From Octopus vulgaris (lineage: Eukaryota): DNA of 64,000 bases. The notes below the pieces were generated by a model. It had not been told where the DNA came from, made no database searches, and was given only the letters and a program-made list of their open reading frames with translations. The position numbers and the translations under genes are program-made. The DNA lies in the NCBI GenBank assembly GCA_951406725.2, contig OX597814.1, positions 156,550,001 to 156,614,000 of the forward strand, written 5' to 3'. Shown here piece by piece: positions 25,240 to 37,985 of the stretch. Every line of letters begins with the position of its first letter. Position 1 is the stretch's first letter.

Positions 25240-25439
25240 TCTTTTACTTGTTTCAGTCATTTGACTGAGGCCATGCTGGAGCAATGCCTTTAGTCAAGCA
25301 ATTCAACCCCAGGACTTATTCTTTGTAAGCCTAGTACTTATTCTATCAGTCTCTTTCGCTGAACTGATAGATTACAGGGACGTAAACACACCAGCATTGG
25401 TTGTCAGGCGATGTTGCGGGGACAAACACACACACATAA

Positions 25440-25471
<32 letters not shown>

Positions 25472-25623
25472 GACGGTTTCAGTTTCTGTCCACCAAATCC
25501 ACTTGCAAGTCGGCCCGAGGCTATAGTAGAAGACATTTGCCCAAGGTGCCATGCAGTGGGACTGAATCCGGGACCATGTGGTTGGTAAGCCAGCTACTTA
25601 CCACACAGCCACTCCAGCACCTA
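25240..25623 (-). mobile_element. tRNA-SINE family A
   Basis: Family A blocks. Confidence 0.88.
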
Positions 25624-25643
25624 TGAGAATATGCATGATTTAT

Positions 25644-25736
25644 TTAATAGTGCAGACCATCTGATGATGAACCATGTCTCATGAGGCCTACTTCTTGTAA
25701 AAGACTGCCTACGCTTGTCTTAGAATCAGGAGTAGT
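25644..25736 (-). CDS. Candidate terminal coding exon TTPDSKTSVGSLLQEVGLMRHGSSSDGLHY*
   Basis: Acceptor TTACCTCAG, 30 open codons of non-repetitive higher-GC sequence, phase 0 compatible with the 37-nt exons upstream; no homology check possible. Confidence 0.4.
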   Translation of the reverse strand, partial: TTPDSKTSVGSLLQEVGLMRHGSSSDGLHY

Positions 25737-26725
25737 CTGAGGTAAATTAATAATCGAAAGGTTTTGAAAGATTACAAAGAAAGAAAATATACAAACGTCA
25801 ACAACAATAATGAATTTGAATTTAAGGGAGTAAAAAAAGTCAACAACAACAAAATGCTTTATCTAATTTTTTACCAATTTATTTGGAATGTGGGTGATAA
25901 TAAAGGACACTGAATCCAAACAGAATGTCTATATTTTAGTGAGCATTGGATATTTACTGTCAAGTGAACATTTGGTGATGTAAGAATTCAATTGACAGTT
26001 TGACAAGTTTAGATTTATGAAGAGAGAGAGAGAGAGAGAAAGAGAGAGCAGATATAGTCTACATGCAAGAAATGAAGGGACATAGTCCATGAGCCTTATC
26101 AAGGTTACTGGATTATTGAAACAAGAAAAAAAGAAAAGAGTAAAAGAAAATACCAGAAAAATTTTCTCTAGATTTTCTCACATGAAGTTTTATTATCTTT
26201 CTTTCTCAATATATTAAACGAATTCTTTATAATAATCTAACGACTTCTGTCGTTTTGTTTTTTGGGTTTTTTTTAGAGTTATTTTGAATTTTTGATATTT
26301 TCACTGCTTTATATTTTTAAATATTTTATTTTGATTTCATTTCAATTCATTTTGAATAAATACAATTCAGGAACATATAAATAACATATATGCTGAAATC
26401 TAGCTTATATTAAACATTTTGGGTGGGTATTTTTTTTGTTTGTTTCTTTTTCACAAAAGGTACAATAAATAAATAGGAAATAAATAAAAACAAATTTGTG
26501 TGTGAATCTGTGTGTTTATGTTTGTGTACGTGTGTACGTGTGTGTACTTCTCTATGCATCATCATCATAATCATCATCATCATCATGCATACAGAGAAAT
26601 GAACACATACACATGTGTATGTATATACATATATATATATATATGGTAAATGAAATATACATATATATATATATATATATATATGGTAAATGAAAGATGG
26701 AAGATGAAATATACAAAAATTTTTA

Positions 26726-26836
26726 TTAATCACGACAATTGTTTCGACACATCTAGCATTGATCCCTCACAGGTGGGATACTTAACTACTGGTTCAGGAG
26801 CATGCGGAGGTGCAGATGTGTCTCATCAGGTGCTAA
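26726..26836 (-). ncRNA. Type I hammerhead ribozyme motif with long helix II
   Basis: TTAGCAC-CTGATGA-GACACATCT(~59 nt)AGATGTGTC-GAAA-CAATTG-TC-GTGATTAA; intact core, GUC triplet, palindromic ACAATTGT. Confidence 0.75.
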
Positions 26837-26921
26837 ATAGATACAACTCATTAAAATAACAGTTCTGAAATGTATCTTCTCATTTCATAGAAAGAAAAGC
26901 AGCAAAACAAAGGAAATATCT

Positions 26922-27243
26922 CGTTTTTGGATTTGGTTTGCAAGATTCTTTATATGAGTTCGTGTGTTGAAGCATATTCTGTTGTGTCTGGGGAGAGTTA
27001 TTTTCTTTTTGTGCCTTATAATGTAACACCCTCACTGGTAAAATTTCCACTTATTTCTTATTTTCATTTTCCTAAAATTTTCGTTGCATCTTGCAACCTT
27101 TTCAATAGTCAAGACTATTAGAAAAGGTTGCAAGACGCAATGAAAATTTTAGGAAAATAAAAATAAGAAATAAGTGGAAATTTTACCAGTGTGTGTGTTA
27201 CATTATAAGGCACAAAAAGAAAATGACTCCACCCAAACACAAT
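26922..27243. mobile_element. Fold-back insertion with ~130-bp inverted arms and a 15-bp TSD
   Basis: Centre AATAGTC-AA-GACTATT at 27104-27119; TSD ACAAAGGAAATATCT at 26907-26921 and 27244-27258. Confidence 0.85.
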
Positions 27244-27711
27244 ACAAAGGAAATATCTTCATTCATATATTCACACACATTATACATTTACATACATACG
27301 CATATCAACATGCATGCATATAAAGACACACACACATATATTTGTGTGTCTGTATGTGTGTATATGTGTGTGCATACATGAGCATAAAAGATTTTCACAA
27401 GGTATTTCTTGTTAATATTTTTTAAACATGATACTTTTGATAAATTTTCTCAATTTCATGAGAAATTGGAGTAACTTCAATTTTTTTTTAACTGGAAACA
27501 AACTGAAGAATATGAATCAATAAATAAATAAGTATATAGAGAATCACCTATAAAGAAACTGATAAATAGGAAGAATTCTTCTAATCTTATATTTACAACC
27601 AAGTGAACATTTTGGGCAGAGCTCTTTATTAAATCTACCGTAACGTTTCAAAGCTTCCTTTTAGTCTATCAAACCCTACCACAGACATAAGCACACACAC
27701 ACACATACACA

Positions 27712-27760
<49 letters not shown>

Positions 27761-27829
27761 TTTTGAAACACTGATGTTTTAAAGTCTGTATGAAACTACC
27801 AATAGAGAGTAAATACTATATGATGATAC

Positions 27830-27877
<48 letters not shown>

Positions 27878-27878
<1 letters not shown>

Positions 27879-28320
27879 TCTTTCTACTAGAGGCACAAGG
27901 CTCAAATTTGGTGGGAGGGGACTAGTCGATTACATCGACCCCAGTGTTTTACTGGTACTTAATTCATCGACCCCAAAAGGATGAAAGGCAAAGTTGACCT
28001 TGGTAGTATTTGAACTCAGAATTTAGCAATGGGCAAAATATTGCTAATTATTTTGTCCAGAATGCTAATGATTCTGCTACCTTACCACCTCAAATAATTA
28101 TAATGATTTCAAATTTTGGCACAAAACCAGCAATTTCAGGGGAACAAGTAAGTCAATTATATTGACTCCAGTGTTCAACTGGTACTTATTTTATCGACCC
28201 TGAAAGGATGGAAGGCAAAGTCAACCTCAGCAGAAATTGAACTCAGAATGTAAAGGCAGACGAAATGCTACTAGTCATTTTGTCCAGCATGTAAATGATT
28301 CTGCCAGCTCACTGCCTTGC

Positions 28321-28356
<36 letters not shown>

Positions 28357-28470
28357 TTGGTAATAATAATAATCCTTTCTACTATAGGTGCAAGGCCTGA
28401 AATTTGGGGAGGGGGATAGTTGATCTCATCAACCCCAGTGAGCTACTGGTACATATCAACCCAGAAAGGC
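27878..28470 (-). mobile_element. Tandem copies of SINE family C within (AAT)n tracts
   Basis: Shared core ATCGACCCC..AAGGATGAAAGGCAAAGTC, which resembles the Meta/MESC SINE domain (recalled, unverified). Confidence 0.75.
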
Positions 28471-29788
28471 TGAAATGCATGCATATATATTAAATCTCTG
28501 AGCAAGGTATAAAGAGTAGCTGCACGACATCGTGAAGTATATTTGCCACTTAAATGTAGCTAACCCTTAAGGGTGGATGCTACTGTAGCTTGTAGCCCCA
28601 GGAGGACACCTCCTCCAGCTGGCTATTGACACACTTTCTATGCACTATCAGTATTTGCAAGGGAAGCCATCCTTCCCATCTTCAACTTGTATGATACACA
28701 CAGACTTGAGTTTCTGGGTATTGACCCATCTATATATACACACACACACTCACATACATGTGTACATACACATGCAGTGAGGCTTCCACAAAGTTTGATC
28801 CACTAAAGCGCATCCATAGAGTATTGATCAACCCAAGAGACTTTTGTACTATGCAGCGGAATTGAACTCAAAAGTATGCTGCTGCAAAACAAACTCCTTA
28901 ACCGCCCCTGTAGCTCAGTTGTTCTACATGACTGAAGTCTTTCTAAATATTTTTACAAGAAAGAGGAATCAGCTCAGAATATAACACAGAAAGTTAGATT
29001 TCTTACTAAAATTTGTTTGCTATAAGAGTAAGAAATAAGCATCACTGTATGATAATGGAAGTTAAGCATTGGGCATGGAGATGACTGCTTGTTTTTTTTT
29101 TTGTTTTTTTTTTGCCTTAGATCAAGCCTCACATCAAACAGATCTATGATGAAAGCCATTCCATATTATGTGATATTCCATCTTTTTTAAAATGAGAGGG
29201 AGTGGTTCAAGGGATATTTCCAATATGTTGAAGAAAATTTAGAGGTTCAATAACTACTTTGTACTGGTTTGTATTAGATGAAACAGGAAAAAGAAGTTGG
29301 CAGAGATCATAAAATTCATTATTTAGGAGGAAGAGACATAGTCAAAGAACTAACTTGGTTAGTCTAAATACTCTAAGATATTTATCTGTGCCTTGCACAC
29401 TCAAAAAGGTTCAAATATTATTTCATATTGGTAGTGATAAGATCATGTGATGTGCATAACTATCTCAAAGACATTAGAGATATAAGTAAAGTGAAACAAT
29501 AGTTGAAATTAATTATGAAATAATTCAAACTATTTCTTTATTTTGTTTTAACTATCACATCACAGCTGCTAAGGAACTGGTGCAACAACACCTTCGAAGT
29601 TGATAACTTAGTCATGAAAAGGAGCTTTCTAATACTATATGGCATACATTTGCCCAACCCATGCCAGCATGAAAAATGGACATTAAATGGTAATGACGAT
29701 GATGACAATGATGATGATGATGATATTTGTTATTGTTTTGAAAACAGAGCAGAACTGATTTAGATTCAGGGGAACAAGATCTCCATAC

Positions 29789-29825
29789 TGGATAGTGTAT
29801 ATCATCTAACATTGACTCCATCTTA
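29789..29825 (-). CDS. Candidate 37-nt exon (x)KMESMLDDIHYP
   Basis: Strong acceptor CTTTCCTTTTCATTTTTTGCAG, donor GTATGG, phase 2 to phase 0. Confidence 0.4.
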
Positions 29826-29942
29826 CTGCAAAAAATGAAAAGGAAAGAAAGAAAGAAAGAGAAAGAGAAAAAGAAAGAAAGAAAGAAATTTTAATTTTCC
29901 CTTATACATTTCAGTGAAAATTTAAGAGTTTCAAATACATTT

Positions 29943-30173
29943 TACAGGGTGACTGTAAAATCTGAATAAATGGGAAATATCACAATCATATATGAATGCG
30001 CTCACACTGATGGAAATATGGAGCTGCAACATCAGATTCATGTGAATCTTACAAAGTGCATTGAACTTTGCACCTGTAGTGGTGGAAGCCCCAATGAAAA
30101 TGTTATTCATTAATGAAACTGAATAAAATTATTGAAAATATGCATTTTCACCAGACTTTACAGTTATCCTGTA
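29943..30173. mobile_element. Tc1/mariner-type MITE
   Basis: TA-CAGGGTGACTGTAAAATCTG and CAGACTTTACAGTTATCCTG-TA: imperfect TIRs with TA TSD. Confidence 0.75.
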
Positions 30174-30439
30174 TATTACTGGTGGATAGTTTAGTAGATA
30201 TTGCAACTCACCGACACAACCAATTTTTTAAAGAGAAAAAGTATGCAGTTAATTCCAGCAGGACTTGAACCCAGAACCCCCAAGTTCTATTCTAGTTACT
30301 GTAAAGAATCCAAAATTAGCATTCTGTTGAAGTCAGACTATAAAGGTTCATACTATAATATGGCAAATCTTGATGCTCTACCAGGTCTGCCAAGTCACCT
30401 AATCATAAAAGTATTTTTCTCTTTTTTTATCAACAGGAA

Positions 30440-30810
30440 CAGCCATGGCTGTGAGGTTAAGAAGCTTTGTTTTGCAACCATATGCTTTGGGGTTCAATCC
30501 CACTGCACAGTTCCCAAGAGAAGTGTCTTCTACTACAGCTTTCAGCCAACCAACACCTTGTGAGTGAACTTGGTAGTTAGAGACTGATAGAAGCCTATCA
30601 AATACGTGTTTGTGAGTCCACTCAGCACTTGACAGCCTGTGTTGGTATGTTTACATCCCTGTAACTTGGCAGTTCAGTAAAAGACACCAATAGAATAAAT
30701 ACCAATATTTATAAAATATAAATAAGTACTGGGATAGATTTGTTCAACTAAACACTTTAAAGCATTGTCCCAGCACAGCCACAGTTCAATAACTGAAACA
30801 ACTAAAAAAT
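30440..30810 (+). mobile_element. tRNA-SINE family A, old copy
   Basis: Diverged family A blocks. Confidence 0.7.
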
Positions 30811-31717
30811 AAAAGATAATTTTCATATTTGGTATAGTGCTTGTAATTTAGATGTGAAAGGAAACAGGGAAAAATGAATTGTTCATGCAAGTCCCAAGAC
30901 TTTAGGTAATGTAAGATCAATGTAAGATATTTTATTTGCAGAGAGCTTATCATCACACTGCAACACCTTTGACTACAATAATGATAATAATGATGATGAT
31001 GATAATAATAATAATAACAATAATAAAGTAATATTTTCATTATTATCATAAATCATTTTTATCTTTATCCTAGCCATTCTCTCATGAATAGAATCCACAC
31101 CAAACAGAAAACCTATAATTTTTATTGGTCTCCAAGAGGGAACTAACTTGGATGGTACATTAGCACCTTAACATAAATGATGTAGCAATTTATACCTCAC
31201 CGATACAGTTACTGCTACAAATATTATACAATTTTATGTATTAGTAATATATATTATTATATATTATAAAATACTAATATTATATAATATTATATGTTAT
31301 TGTATTATATAATACTAATATCATATAATATTATATAAGTCATGTACAGTAGTATAACTGTACTTGTCAGAGTGGTTTGTTTTGTTTTGTTTTGCATTGT
31401 TTTTGGAAATATTGGTGCTGAATGATATTAATAAAGTAAGCAAAAAGTTCTTTATATTACGAAAGGAGAGACAAAAAAATGTACTAAACAAAAAAAATAA
31501 ATGAATATTTAAATTCTCATTACATTTTCTGGTACTCTGTTATTAGTTCACAAGAAGACTATTATCATTATTATTATTATTATTATTATTAGTTGTTGTT
31601 TCAAATGTTACAAATTCTGTTTATAAATTCAATAATGAATTAAAAGCAGCGCTAGTGTTGTAAACATTATCGACTGTACATATGCAATGTACATATTTTG
31701 CTTTTTTGCTGGTTTAC

Positions 31718-31754
31718 TGCGATACAGTATTTCAGGGATGACTCCATCATAATG
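31718..31754 (-). CDS. Candidate 37-nt exon (x)IMMESSLKYCIA
   Basis: Acceptor CACCCTCACCCAG, weak donor GTAAAC; same length as 29789-29825 and shares GATGGAGTCA. Confidence 0.3.
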
Positions 31755-32560
31755 CTGGGTGAGGGTGTCGACCCCCCACAGCAAACCAGTGAACAAACAA
31801 AACACATACATTGAGTATGTTTATATATAATAAACAAAGCAAGAAATGTGTGTTATAAAGTTATGCACCTTTTCAAACTATTAACACTATCGTTAGAGAT
31901 TAAACATTATTTTGTAAAACATTTAATATGTACTCTTTGTTTACATCAGGAATTTAAAAACATAAATAAATAAATAAATATTTGGAAAAGTAATAACCAG
32001 AGATCAAATTAATTAAAATCTAGAGTACATATTAAATGTTATGAAATAAATCTCTCATAGCTTAATATGAGGTCAATAGATCAAAAAATGTATAGCTTCT
32101 TTACAACAACCCATCTTGGATATTTAAATGTTTAATGAAGAAAAGCATGGATTAACTGTGGCAATTTATTTATTTTATTTGTTTTTTAGTCTAAGTTTAT
32201 GTTTGTTGAAAATATGGTTCTTAATTGGTTCTTAATTGTAAGTATACTGTTTTTCTTAAATATATTCAACTGTTAAGCTTTTGTTTTTACTATATCATAC
32301 TCTAATTACTAACTCATAATTTTGATACTTAATTGTTGATGGTTGTATTTTTAAAGATATTTGAATTTTTTCTGGTGTTGCAGCAGAGTAGATTTCAAAA
32401 TTATTATATAAGAATTTTAATATAAATTAACAACTATATTACTTTAATATAACATTGCCACTCTGTCGGTTATGACAACGAGGGTTCCGTACGATCAAAG
32501 AAACAGCCTGCTTGTGAAATTAATGTGCAAGTGGTTGAGCATTCCACAGACACACATACC

Positions 32561-32788
32561 TATTTCTTTATTACTCACAAGGGGCTTAAACATAGAGGGA
32601 ACAAACAAGGACAAAGGTATTAAGTCAATTACATCGACCACAGTGCGTAACTGGTACTTAATTTATCAACCCCAAAAGGATGAAAGGCAAAGTCAACCTT
32701 GGCAGAATTTGAACTCAGAACATAACAGCAGACGAAATACCGCTAAGCATTTCACCTGGCATACTAACGTTTCTGCCAGCTCGCCACC
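32561..32788 (-). mobile_element. SINE family C nested in a family B SINE (about 32455-32900)
   Basis: TSD TTCCACAGACACACATAC on both sides. Confidence 0.8.
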
Positions 32789-34289
32789 TTCCACAGACAC
32801 ACATACTTGGAATGTAGTTCTTAAGGAGACTGAATGTGACACAGAGTGCGATAAGGCAGGCACTTTGAATTACAGGTACTGCTCAATTTTGCCAGTTGAG
32901 CGAAGAAGCCATTAACTGAAAACTTGAATTCGAGGAAACCAGCATTTGGAATATATTGGCCAAAAAATTACTAATTAAACATCTCGATTATGAATATCTT
33001 TGAATGCTTAAGGAAGAAACAATTTCTAATGCTCTGAAACATTAAAATTCACATCTCTGCTTCAACAATATAAACTTATATTTACTAAACAATAAGGAAC
33101 CAGATTGTAAACAATTATAGAAAAGATATTCAAATTACTCAGTAACAAATATATGTAAATAAATGAGTAATTGCCAACAATTAATTATTTTGACTATATA
33201 TATATATATAGTTTTCTTTGTATAATTTTCCCTTTTTCTATTCTTGTTCTGCATGTTGAAATTTGAAGGGAGAGAAAAAAATTCAATAAAATTATAGTTG
33301 ATTTCTTCATTTAGTTGCTGTTGTTGTTGAGTCTTGGTAAATTTGAACCAATCAGAGTATAGCAAATTAACCATTAGACATGACTGGTTCTGAAAACCAG
33401 AAGCTCATCAACATCTGGTATTTTACCATTCTTTTCATTATTACATAATAATAGGTTTAGTGTTTGGTTAGGAAACTAAGGACAGGTGTGAGACTGGGAA
33501 ATGAAGAAGTATGTATTCACATACACACATACATACACACACACACACAAACACAAATATATTCAAAGGAATTTAACTTGTTTTGAGTTTTAGTCGCAAA
33601 AATTGACTTACTCTTTTACTGATTTTAGTCATTGGACTGTGGCCATACTAGAGCATTACCTTCAAGGTTTTAATAGATCATTCAGAACCTAGTATTTACT
33701 TTATTGATGTTTACCTATGAAACCACTGAATTGCAAGATATAGAACCAACGCTCTCTCTTTCTCTCACACACACACACACTTACTCACATGTACATACAT
33801 AAATGTGGGCTTCCATGTAGTTTCTATTGCCCAAATTTTAGTCACAAGGCAGTAGTCAATCTGCACATTGTATCACACAGTTGGGATTGAACCTGAGGCT
33901 ATATGGTTGCAAAGCATACCTCTTAACCACAAATCTATGTTTGCTCCTTGTTCATTTGTCATAATAAATTGGACCTTAAGCTCATACAGAATTTGAATTT
34001 GGCTTCTTGACCTATGGTTGAAAAGCTAATGAAATCATAGACAGACAATAAACATACATGAGAGAAAGGAGAAGTATAACCAAGCAGAATCTATCAGTCA
34101 GGAATTAATTCAATATAATCTACATAACACTGAATCTCAATGTTATGTACAGCTGGCTCAGTACTGCCTAGAAGATTGTAAGATACCTTATTATCTTTAG
34201 AAGAATATTTCAAATCTTGAGCAGAACAGGTATGAAGGTGAGGAGAAGATAGATAGCTGATAATAGAATGATAATATCATCAGCAACAA

Positions 34290-34530
34290 TCAATGGCTGT
34301 TTTCCATGCTGGCATGGGTTGGATGGCATGACAGGAACTGGCAAGGCCAGGGGCTGCTTAAGGTTTCAGAGTCTGTTTTGATTTGGTTTCTAAGGTTGGA
34401 TACTCTTCCTAAGAAACCAAGCCAAAACAGAGTATCGAACCTAGTGCAGTCCATGGATTTGCCAGTTTTTGTCAAGCTGTTCAACCCATGCCAGCATGGA
34501 AAACAGAAATTAAATGTTGATGATGATAAC
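34290..34530. repeat. Fold-back made of two inverted RTE-associated tails
   Basis: TGTTTTCCATGCTGGCATGGGTTG versus CAACCCATGCCAGCATGGAAAACA. Confidence 0.75.
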
Positions 34531-36533
34531 ACTTAGAGTTAAATATTCAGTGTGGAGCCAAGGTGAGAGATTCTATGCCAGTAGTTCTTAAGCTATTGTT
34601 GCACAAAGCCCTCTTTCAACAAATGGCATTTTACAAATGCCCCTTCAAAAGTTTCAGACATAAAAATACACAAAACAGCAGATTATTTTAAACAAACAGA
34701 AACTAATTTTTCACAGTGATTTATTATCCATTATCTGTTGTTGGTGCTATGTAAAAAGCGCTCAGTCTGTAAGGTGATTCGCATTAGAAAGGGTATCCAG
34801 CCATAGAAACCGTGCCAAAGCTGACATTGGAGCTTGGTGCAGTCTTCTGACTTGCCAGCTCTAATCAAACTGTCCAACCCATGCCAGCATAGAAAATGGA
34901 TGATGATGATGTCAATGACCACAACAATGACGACGATGTCTTTTTTTTATAGTACTCCAAACAGCATTTTCCTCATTTTATATATTTATAGGCTAATGAC
35001 CTGTTTATAGAACTTACTGAAGAAGGTAAGGACTTATACAGTAATATTATATTGGACCATGGGGCATCATCACTCATGCTTCATGGTTACTAAAAACACA
35101 ATAACCTATCCATATTTCAATCCCGACAAAAATGTTTTTATGAGAATGTATTTAAAATATAAGTATAGTGACTAGGTGAAATACTTTATTTCTAAGGCAA
35201 ATCAAAACCCTTCTAAACACACAGTGCCACCTGTAGTGCCCTCTTGTGAGCATACAATGCCACCGAGAGAACACTATCACCCAACTTGAGAACCATAACT
35301 TTATGCAGTCTATGACTGTGACTTAAACCAATTTAAGGCAAATGTTTTAGTTTTTACATGTCAATACTTATATATATAAATATTCTGTAGAGTAACTACT
35401 TATATATATAAATATTCTGTAGAGTAACTATTAGTTGAAGTTGAAAATAAAGTTAAAAAATTAATAAAGATGATAACAATAGAGAAAGTGATAAATATTT
35501 CCTATTATTGTAAACAATGAACAAAGATATTCCCATCTTATTGATTCTTCAAATGAATACAAATCTTGGCAGTAATCATAAGTTTTACTCATAAGGTTGG
35601 CAAGTTTCCTGTTTTCCTTTGTAGTTTGCTAAATATGGAAGCTAATATATCTATTGTACGACTTGAGATGTTGGTTGCCTTTGTTGTTGAAGTAGTAAGT
35701 AGATATTATTGATGATGAGAGTACAAGACTTCGGAATGAAAGAAACAGAACTGTTCTAGCACTTGAGATTGCAAAGTTAAACATTGCAGATATTATACCA
35801 CTGACTTATCACAAATCCCTCAAGATCAATGTATGATATTCAATCAAAACAGATGCTTTGATATAAGTACTGCAACAGAGAAACATTAATAGATAAGAAG
35901 GAATGGGAGAGTAAATCCAGTTACAAGTTATCTCATTAATCAAGTTATGTTATTTTATGAAATAAGTTATCTTTATAAATCAAATCATGCACCCCATGAA
36001 ATAAGTTACAAAGATATTAACCGAAGTTATAAAGTAGAAAATTCACTGAGGAGGGAAAAGATGAAAAAACAAAACTAATATAACTTTATCTAAGTGCAAT
36101 AATATTTTATGCTGATTTGAGATCTAATTACTGCTAATTAACATGTTTCCTATTAAGCAGTTGCTCTAAATTAAACACATTTCAGAAATTACTTTCCCTA
36201 ATACTTTTCTGTTGTGAGTGTACATGCTCAAGAGGTTAGATGTTATCTGGATTTTCAAGGTGTTCAAGTACAAGAACTGCACTCTTGGAGAGGATGCCAG
36301 TCTATCAAAAAGTAAACCTCCAGATGCTAGTGTATTCATTTCCAGCTGAGTGTACTGAAGCAATGGGAAATAAAGTGATTTTCTTAAGGACACAACACCT
36401 TGCCTAGCCCAACACTTGCACTTGAACACACAACCTAAAGCTACAGAGTCCAACACATTAGCCACAAGATCATGATTGTTCACCTGTCTATAGTAGGCAT
36501 GTAGGAAAGCAGCAAGTTCAAGGAGAAAATACC

Positions 36534-36765
36534 TATTTCTTTACTACCCACAAGGGGCTAAACACAGAGGGGACAAACAAGAGCAGACAAACGGATTAAG
36601 TCGATTACATCAACCCCAGTGCGTAACTGGTACTTAATTTATCGACCCCAAAAGGATGAAAGGTAAAGTCGACCTCGGCGGAATTTGAGCTCAGAATATA
36701 ATGGCAGACGAAATATGGCTACGCATTTCACCTGGCGTGCTAACGATTCTGCCAGCTCACTGCCT
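36534..36765 (-). mobile_element. SINE family C, well preserved
   Basis: Head GGCAGTGAGCTGGCAGAATCGTTAGCACGCC through tail AAAGAAATAGG. Confidence 0.85.
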
Positions 36766-37559
36766 TATTTTAAAGAGCACGGGAGATTGCACCTGTGGTC
36801 GCACAAGTTTGAAACACCTCCTTAGATATTTGATAAAATGAAGTAACCACATTGCTAAGCTCCCACGTTCAGCAAGTTCAATGAGAAAATACCACCACCA
36901 CTCACATAATGTTACAGCAACATGTGAAATATGAAGACTGCATGAAAAAATATGAAGAATGTGAGAAACAAGATCAACTGGTGACGGTTGGTATATAATT
37001 AATCAAATGTCAAGAAAAGGATTTTAACAAAGAGAAAGAAAATTGATAAAGCTGACCTCAAGAAATACTACTACGAAGAATTTTTCTGATGCTTTAATAA
37101 GTCTAATAATAGTTTCTAATTTAAGCAGAAGATCAGCAATTTTAAAGGGAAGGGTTAGCTAATTAAATTGACCTAATTCTTGGCTAGTACATTATTTTAT
37201 TGACCTCAGAAGGATGGAAAGTAAAACTAGCCTTTGGTGGAATTTGAACTCATAATATAAAGAAGAGAAATAAATAACACAAAGCACTTTCTCCAATGCT
37301 CCAACAATACTACCAATTCACAATGATGGTGACCTTTAAGATTTTAATCCATCACCCAGTTTAACAGCCCACTTTCAACCCTCAGGTTCCTTTAGCAAAG
37401 TACACTGTTCCAAGCATTTAATATTGATACCATGGAAACTTGATATACTGAAAGATGACTCCACCACGACATGAAATTGATATTCCCTAATTTTGAAAAG
37501 AAAGAAAATAAAACATTATTAGGAACCATTATTATTATTATTATTACCATTATTATTAA

Positions 37560-37985
37560 GGCAGTGAGCTGGCAGAATTGTTACCACATCGGCAAAATGC
37601 TTAGTGGCATTTCATCTGTCTTTTCATTCTGAATTCAAATTCCACCAAGGTCAACTTTGCCTTTCATTTTGGGGCTGATAAAATAAGTACCATTTAAGTA
37701 CTAGGATCAATGTAACCAACTAGCCCCAACCCCCAAAATTTTAGGCCTTGTGCCTATCGCAGAAAGGATCATTTCTATTATTATTGTTAAAGTAGTAAGC
37801 AGGTAGAATAATTTGCAAATCAGTATTTGTTCTGGATATTTATGCTCCGAGTTCAAATCTTGCTGAGGTCAACTTTGCTTTTCATTTTCTTGGGGTTGAT
37901 AAAATAAGTACTAGTAAAGTACTGGGCTCAAAGTAACCAACTGGCCCCTCCCCTCAAAATTACTGACCTTGAGCAACAATTAGAA
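37560..37985 (+). mobile_element. Two tandem SINE family C copies
   Basis: GGTCAACTTTGC..TTTCATTTT..GGG..TGATAAAATAAGTAC occurs twice. Confidence 0.75.

Noticed and set aside
31725-31755. C/D box snoRNA or SECIS from ATGATG..CTGA
   Set aside because: Boxes are only about 10 nt apart and there is no SECIS apical AA geometry
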